64,000 bases of DNA, taken from assembly GCA_002269645.1 (NCBI GenBank), contig NIVC01001402.1, positions 62,001 to 126,000 of the forward strand, written 5' to 3'. The DNA is from Macrostomum lignano (taxonomy: Eukaryota). Position 1 is the stretch's first letter. The number at the start of each line of letters is the position of its first letter. Made by a program: the position numbers and the translations under genes. This document shows positions 56,301-64,000 of the stretch, in pieces. A model generated the notes under the pieces. It was not told the DNA's origin and did no database searches. It saw only the letters and a list, made by a program, of their open reading frames with translations.

Positions 56301-56902
56301 CACCTGAGCCTCCCTCACCTGAGCCTCCCTCACCTGAGCCTCCCTCACCTGAGCCTCCCTCACCTGAGCCTCCCTCACTTGAGCCTCCCTCACTTGAGCC
56401 TCCCTCACTTGAGCCTCCCTCACTTGAGCCTCCCTCACTTGAGCCTCCCTCACCTGAGCCTCCCTCACCTGAGCCTCCCTCACTTGAGCCTCCCTCACCT
56501 GAGCCTCCCTCACCTGAGCCTCCCTCACCTGAGCCTCCCTCACCTGAGCCTCCCTCACTTGAGCCTCCCTCACTTGAGCCTCCCTCACCTGAGCCTCCCT
56601 CACCTGAGCCTCCCTCACCTGAGCCCAGACAGCCAGGAGAATTCGCTGAATATGAAATCAGCCCCCACATGGGCATTGAATGTGATTCATACATTTGAGA
56701 GCTAAGAGTTCGTTCAGAGAGCAACGTGTACTTCAGCATTGTTAATGTACTTTATTTCGATGTCAACACTTTATTTTGATGCCTCTCTCTCCTGAACCTC
56801 CAGCGGGGCAGTCTGGCCAGCCTGCAGCGGCACAGCGAGGACCTGCGCCTGGAGAGCCTGCGGCATCCGCCACCGCCCGCCTCTCCCGCTGCCGCAGTCT
56901 GA
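50318..56902 (+). CDS. Long coiled-coil protein, ~944 aa; exons 50318-50671, 51000-51134, 51217-51402, 52341-52880, 53113-53541, 53633-53833, 53987-54370, 55484-55822, 56070-56237, 56804-56902
   Basis: E/A/R/L/Q-rich heptads across ten GC-rich exons, all joined in phase 0 by GT-AG introns. A centrosomal/ciliary-type scaffold is a guess. Confidence 0.8.
50668..50825 (+). repeat. 51-bp unit x3 beginning at the splice donor of coiled-coil exon 1
   Basis: AG|GTCAGCAAG at 50671, 50722 and 50773; each unit also contains tctctttcag. Confidence 0.9.
51414..52230. repeat. 29-bp minisatellite (cctgattgatacctgtgacctgaatggat)n in coiled-coil intron 3
   Basis: Direct inspection; starts ~11 nt after the donor. 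Confidence 0.95.
54547..55232. repeat. 38-bp minisatellite, ~18 copies, in coiled-coil intron 7
   Basis: ctccctccctctcgctgccttctgattggctcttcaat at 54547, 54585 and onward. Confidence 0.96.
55820..56030 (+). repeat. ~20-bp repeat containing the exon-8 donor GGG|GTGAGA
   Basis: gggtgagactgggcagtca repeated about 8 times, with variants. Confidence 0.85.
56302..56625. repeat. 15-bp minisatellite (cacctgagcctccct)n in coiled-coil intron 9
   Basis: Direct inspection. Confidence 0.96.
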
Positions 56903-57111
56903 GACTCGCTGGCAAAGCTCGTCTGCTGGCTTGGCGCTTCGGTGAACCCGCCTGACTGGCGGCTGATGACGGCTGGTCTCCGTCTGAGTGCGCGAGTGAA
57001 TCACAGACCAAGTGAATCCATCAGCTCTTCTCATTGCTACTGCCCATAGTTACATGTTTTTTGGTCTGATGTTTTGTTGCCTTGGTCTCAGCTGGCAACT
57101 CACAGCCGAGA

Positions 57112-57420
57112 GTGTCAGTATGGGTGTCAGTGTGGCCAATATGGATGTCAGTGTGGCCAATATGGGTGTCAGTGTGGCCAATATGGGTATCAGTGTGGCC
57201 AATATGGGTGTCAGTGTGGCCAATATGGATGTCAGTGTGGCCAATATGGATGTCAGTGTGGCCAATATGGATGTCAGTGTGGCCAATATGGATGTCAGTG
57301 TGGCCAATATGGATGTCAGTGTGGCCAATATGGGTATCAGTGTGGCCAATATGGGTGTCAGTATGGCCAATATGGGTGTCAGTGTGGCCAATATGAGTGT
57401 CAGTGTGGCCAATATCAGTG
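57112..57420. repeat. 21-bp minisatellite (gtcagtgtggccaatatggRt)n
   Basis: Direct inspection. Confidence 0.95.
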
Positions 57421-57957
57421 TTGTTTAGCACTGTACCTGACTCAGCTTCCTGAAGCCAGCGCGTGCATTTATGCGGTTTAGAATTTGTAGTTTTCTTCGG
57501 TAGGATTAGTACATGTACGCCCGTAGCTTGGATGTTTTTAAACAAAAGCAAATGTAAACATTCTGTCACGGTGTGGTAGCCCTCGCACACAGCACAAATG
57601 CTTAGCTTGCATGTAGCCATCATTTGCCGTGCTCCTTTGTTATCGTTTTGTATTTTTGTATAATTGGCCTATTTACCTCAAAATATATTTGGCTAGGTGT
57701 TATCAATTAATTGACAGCTTTCAGTGACAATTCCTGTAGTAGCGTGTGTGAGCATGTCAGTACCATTCCAAAATAAAAGTGGCTCTAAAGAAATTTGCCA
57801 CACTTGTAAGCGTGCCTTGATCTAACAGAACGGAGACTAAATGTTTTGAGCATTCTTCATTGTCTTTCTACTCAGCATCTGGCCTAGCAAATATGGCAGG
57901 CAAACTTAGTTTTCTGGGTATCAGCTCAGCGGTAACGCGGGGCAAGTGTGCACAGAA

Positions 57958-60900
57958 TGAGCAGGCCAGCATGAGCAGGCCAGCATGAGCAGGCCAGCAT
58001 AATCAGGCCAGCATGAGCAGGCCAGCATGAGCAGGCCAGCATGAGAAGGCCAGCATGAGCAGGCCAGTATGAGCAGACCAGCATAATCAGGCCAGCATGA
58101 GCAGGCCAGCATGAGAAGGCCAGCATAATCAGGCCAGCATGAGCAGACCAGCATAATCAGGCCAGCATGAGCAGGCCAGCATGAGAAGGCCAGCATGAGC
58201 AGGCCAGCATGAGCATGCTCAGCATGAGCATGAGCATGAGAAGGCCAGTATGAGCAGGCCAGCATAATCAGGCCAGCATACATGTAGTCAGGCCAGCATA
58301 ATCAGGCCAGCATAATCAGGCCAGCATGAGCAGGCCAGCATAATCAGGCCAGCATGAGCAGGCCAGCATGAGAAGGCCAGTATGAGCAGGCCAGCATAAT
58401 CAGGCCAGCATACATGTAGTCAGGCCAGCATAATCAGGCCAGCATGAGCAGGCCAGCATGAAAAGGCCAGCATGAGCAGGCCAGCATAATCAGGCCAGCA
58501 TGAGCAGGCCAGCATAATCAGGCCAGCATGAGCAGGCCAGCATAATCAGGCCAGCATATAATCAGGCCAGATGAGCAGGTCAGTATGAGCAGGCCAGCAT
58601 AATCAGGCCAGCATGAGCAGGCCAGCATGAGAAGGCCAGTATGAGCAGGCCAGCATAATCAGGCCAGCATACATGTAGTCAGGCCAGCATAATCAGGCCA
58701 GCATGAGCAGGCCAGCATGAAAAGGCCAGCATGAGCAGGCCAGCATAATCAGGCCAGCATGAGCAGGCCAGCATAATCAGGCCAGCATGAGCAGGCCAGC
58801 ATAATCAGGCCAGCATATAATCAGGCCAGATGAGCAGGTCAGTATGAGCAGGCCAGCATAATCAGGCCAGCATGAGCAGGCCAGCATGAGAAGGCCAGTA
58901 TGAGCAGGCCAGCATAATCAGGCCAGCATACATGTAGTCAGGCCAGCATAATCAGGCCAGCATGAGCAGGCCAGCATGAGCAGGCCAGCATGAGCAGGCC
59001 AGCATGAGCAGGCCAGCATGAAAAGGCCAGCATGAGCAGGCCAGCATAATCAGGCCAGCATGAGCAGGCCAGCATAATCAGGCCAGCATGAGCAGGCCAG
59101 CATGAGCAGGCCAGCATGAGCAGGCCAGCATGAAAAGGCCAGCATGAGCAGGCCAGCATAATCAGGCTAGCATGAGCAGGCCAGCATAATCAGGCTAGCA
59201 TGAGCAGGCCAGCATAATCAGGCCAGCATGAGCAGGCCAGCATAATCAGGCCAGCAAATAATCAGGCCAGATGAGCAGGTCAGTATGAGCAGGCCAGCAT
59301 AATCAGGCCAGCATGAGCAGGCCAGCATGAGAAGGCCAGTATGAGCAGGCCAGCATAATCAGGCCAGCATACATGTAGTCAGGCCAGCATAATCAGGCCA
59401 GCATGAGCAGGCCAGCATGAGCAGGCCAGCATGAGCAGGCCAGCATGAGCAGGCCAGCATGAAAAGGCCAGCATGAGCAGGCCAGCATAATCAGGCTAGC
59501 ATGAGCAGGCCAGCATAATCAGGCCAGCATGAGCAGGCCAGCATGAGCAGCCCGTTGGAAAAGTTATGCACCTGCAGAGGCATAAAAGGTGAACGAGGTG
59601 CACAAAAGAGGCACTTTGGTGGCCTATTTCGTGTGTGTTTTGGAAATGCACCTGAGTGCACCTTTTATGCCTAAATGTCACCAATATTTTTGAAAAGAGG
59701 CATGAAAGGTGTAAAATCGGTGAAGTGGTCAGGCAGTAGGTGAATTCTCAATTTTGATTGGTTGCGGTGGTAGGGGCAGTAAAGGTGTATAAGGGGCACT
59801 GGAGGTGCGCAAAAGGTGAAGAGGAGGCACATCAGATGCACGGGAGGTGCTGAAGGGGCACAGAAAGCGCATGAAAGGTGAATTAGAGATGCATAAGGTG
59901 TACATGTGCGTAAATATGTATATAGGTGCATTTCCAAAACACGCTCGAAATGTACTCCTAAAGTGCCTCTTCTGTGCACCTCGCTCACCTTCATGCCAAT
60001 GCACGAATTAACGCATTAATAAATCGTAACAAAAAATAAACTGAGAATGAGAAGCTTTATTTACACCTATACTAATCGCTGCTATCCCCTTCCTGATCCT
60101 GACAAACCACCAAACTAAACATTTCCTACACTGATAAGTTTTAATGACTTTCAATTACTCAGAAAAAGTTCCAAAAAGTGATTAAAAGGCTTGCATTAGT
60201 GAGGAAAAGTTTCCAATAGTGAGAAAAAATAGCAAAGAACTTCGCCAGTTGAAACTTTAACGCCCCTTGCATTGCCTCTACGCCTAAAGTGCCCACTGTG
60301 CACCTTTTATTCACCTTTCGTGCCTCCAGTGCACACAATACACCTTTTCTGCACCTCTACCGCAGCGCACCTTTTATTCACCTTTCACTCCACCAATGCC
60401 CCCAATTCCTACTTTGTTCACCTTTTGTGCCTCAACGTACACTGTGCACCTTTTATGCACCCAACTCCCCTATGACACCTGTGCCCCTACCGCCTATTTT
60501 GTGCCTTAAATTCACCTTCCGCCCCTGCAGAGGCACTCAGGTGAACAAAAGGTGCACAAGTGGCACAAAATAGGCACAAGAGAGGCGAAAGTGAGGCAGA
60601 AGGGCAAAACTCTTCACCTTTCATGCCTACTTTAAAAACTCAAAATCCAACGGGCAGGCCAGCATGAGCATGCTCAGCATGAGCATGAGCATGAGAAGGC
60701 CAGTATGAGCAGGCCAGCATAATCAGGCCAGCATAATCAGGCCAGCATACATGTAGTCAGGCCAGCATAATCAGGCCAGCATGAGCAGACCAGCATGAGC
60801 AGGCCGGCATAATCAGGCCAGCATAATCAGGCCAGCATAATCAGGCCAGCATAATCAGGCTAGCATAATCAGGCCAGCATACATGTAGTCAGGCCAGCAT

Positions 60901-61045
60901 AATCAGGCCAGCATGAGCAGACCAGCATGAGCAGGCCGGCATAATCAGGCCAGCATAATCAGGCCAGCATAATCAGGCCAGATGAGCAGGTCAGTATGAG
61001 CAGGCCAGCATAATCAGGCCAGCATGAGCAGGCCAGCATGAGCAG
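57958..61045. repeat. 14-bp minisatellite (aggccagcatgagc / aggccagcataatc)n, split by an insertion at 59551-60654
   Basis: The array resumes in register after the insertion; higher-order blocks are marked by atacatgtagtc. Confidence 0.95.
59551..60654. mobile_element. 1.1-kb non-autonomous DNA transposon, CACTA/CMC-like
   Basis: TIR CCCGTTGGA / TCCAACGGG, 3-bp TSD CAG within the satellite unit, many subterminal AAAGGTG/CACCTTT and GAGGCAC motifs; the superfamily is inferred. Confidence 0.75.
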
Positions 61046-61536
61046 CTAGGCTACTGCGGAGCTCTAATCCATCTTTGTCCCTGATGTCACACTGTGCCTG
61101 CGTTCTACAGACGCGAGTAAGGTACACTAACGCTTGTAAATGGAATTCGCGTAGGGTCAAAATTAAATTTTCATTATTCTATATACGTGGTATCGTAGAT
61201 ACATGGTGGCAGTGCATTCGTATATTTCAATTTCTTTATGGCTAAAGTCAGATACGACTTGACGCAGCTACAGAAAAGAATTTAGAAAGTTTAGAAACCC
61301 TTGCTGGTATGCCAATCCAGACAGAAACACGAGTGGCAGCACTTTGTACTCGGGAGGCTTTATCGTGATACGTATGTACATGTACCAAGGTTGCTACTTA
61401 CGCAGCAGAAATACTAATAGAAATACAGAGGAACTGAGTTAAACCGCTACTCCAAATAAGTACATATTAGCTAAAAATGTTTTTCTGAGCCTAATCGAAC
61501 GGTGACACGCACTCGCGCAGGGCTCGTCTCACCAGA

Positions 61537-62030
61537 CTAGGGCGTCACATCGACCAACTGGGACAGGGAGACAGCGGTTATGGTGACGTCCTCGCTTCTG
61601 GCTCCGCTGCTCAGTCCGTCAGTGTAAAACAGAGCCAATAAGTCAATCGTGGTGTTGCAGCCGGCCCAGATCCACCTGCTTGCCGGCTTCGGGCTGGCGG
61701 CACTTACGGGCTGGCGCCATCCTCCAAGGTAGAATCCTCTCGATCCGTACTTGGCGAACAGGCGGCCTCTCCTGGAGCAGCTGCAGTCCCTCACCGACTT
61801 GCTGCACTTGTCGAACACGAACAGCTGGCACGGACCTCGGCTAGGGTGAAGGCCTGGTGATCGCTGCTGCAAAGGGCCGACTTCAAGAAAGTGAGAACAA
61901 ATTGACTGCTGATGCAGAGGCGGCCGCTCACACCGTCGTATCTATTGAATGAGACGGTCTCCAGTGACGGCTGAGCCAACTTCAGTAGATGTACAACTGC
62001 TGCAGGTACAGAGAATGTACAGTACGTCTT
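61537..62030 (-). other. Possible frameshifted or spliced Cys-rich secreted-type gene (PAN/apple- or C-type-lectin-like)
   Basis: Two offset GC-rich frames: ...SLETVSFNRYDGVSGRLC...KSALC and CQLFVFDKCSKSVRDCSC...FYLGGW...RWIW...*. Confidence 0.3.
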
Positions 62031-62792
62031 CAGCTTTGAGTTTCAAACTGAAAAAAAGGAAGTAGAAAATCGCAGGTGGAACAAAAAATGCATGGCCTGC
62101 GTGTATTATGCAGGGAGTGCATGGGCGCATGGGAAGCAGCACCATTCGAATATAATTGGCTCGTATCAGCTTGTCTGCAGGAACTTGCAGCTGCACCGAA
62201 TCCAACCTGTCGCAACGCATTTTCAATCGAGGAATCAAATCCCTTTAGGTACAGCCAAAAAAGCATTGAGAATTCCTTATTTCCTGTTTAGCATAGAAAT
62301 TGTGAGAACTGCATGCGTGGCAAAATCCAACATTGAATTCGATGAATTTTGCCAACGCCCAGCTCCACGGCAGGATTCCACTGTAAATCATGAGGCCAGT
62401 GCCCACAAAGAAGGGCAGGAGGTCTTAACCAGCAGGCAGCTGCTCAATTCAAAAAGTCTTTCCCGCGACCAATTCTTATAAAAAATTGATGCTTAAAAAG
62501 ACTGCGTGACTTGGTGCGGTCTGCATTGCAGATGCGGCAGTTTTGTAAGAATCGCACAGAGGGACGCAACTGCGTTCCAATGCGGGACCCTCCCAACACT
62601 TACAGTATATATGAGACCGAGCTGGTTGGAATCTTGGCCTAACCTGTCTCGACTCTGCCCTGAGAGAGAATGGTAAGTTTTTGGGTCACTTTGCCATGGC
62701 CGAATTTTCACTCTGTCTCGGGCCAGTCTACCCAGGTTCGAGTCCGTGAAACCAATTTCGGGTTGTCAGTCGGAACGCCGACGGTCATTTAA

Positions 62793-64000
<1,208 letters not shown>

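Noticed and set aside
56281-57623. Repeat-peptide ORFs (GSGEG, REAQV, SLPHL, GCQCGQY, GHTDIHI)
   Set aside because: They are products of 15- and 21-bp minisatellites that are open in many frames.

Overview
Eukaryotic (animal) genomic DNA with GC-rich spliced exons, AT-rich introns and very many minisatellites. The style is compatible with a flatworm such as Macrostomum (inference only). Most long ORFs in the track are read-throughs of tandem repeats. Genes supported by spliced GT-AG models: FoxJ2/3 (-), a C2H2 zinc-finger gene (+), selenoprotein S with UGA-Sec and a downstream SECIS (+), four C/D-box snoRNA paralogs, intronless RPL24 (+), an MFSD8-like MFS transporter (+), GABARAP/ATG8 (-), an intronless type-II-membrane FkbM methyltransferase (+), a ~944-aa coiled-coil protein (+) and a GPCR N-terminal exon apparently cut by a LINE. 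Mobile DNA: a 12-kb foldback element (17810-29821) with ~2.5-kb terminal inverted repeats and a 7-bp target-site duplication, carrying a decayed Merlin transposase, a LINE 3' end and a 24-bp array. There are also hAT-type and CACTA-like non-autonomous elements and LINE fragments. Highlights: SelS Sec recoding, the snoRNA cluster between SelS and RPL24, the foldback element, minisatellites built from splice donors, and a duplicated MFS terminal exon lying antisense inside a GABARAP intron. All coordinates were read by eye; repeat boundaries are approximate.
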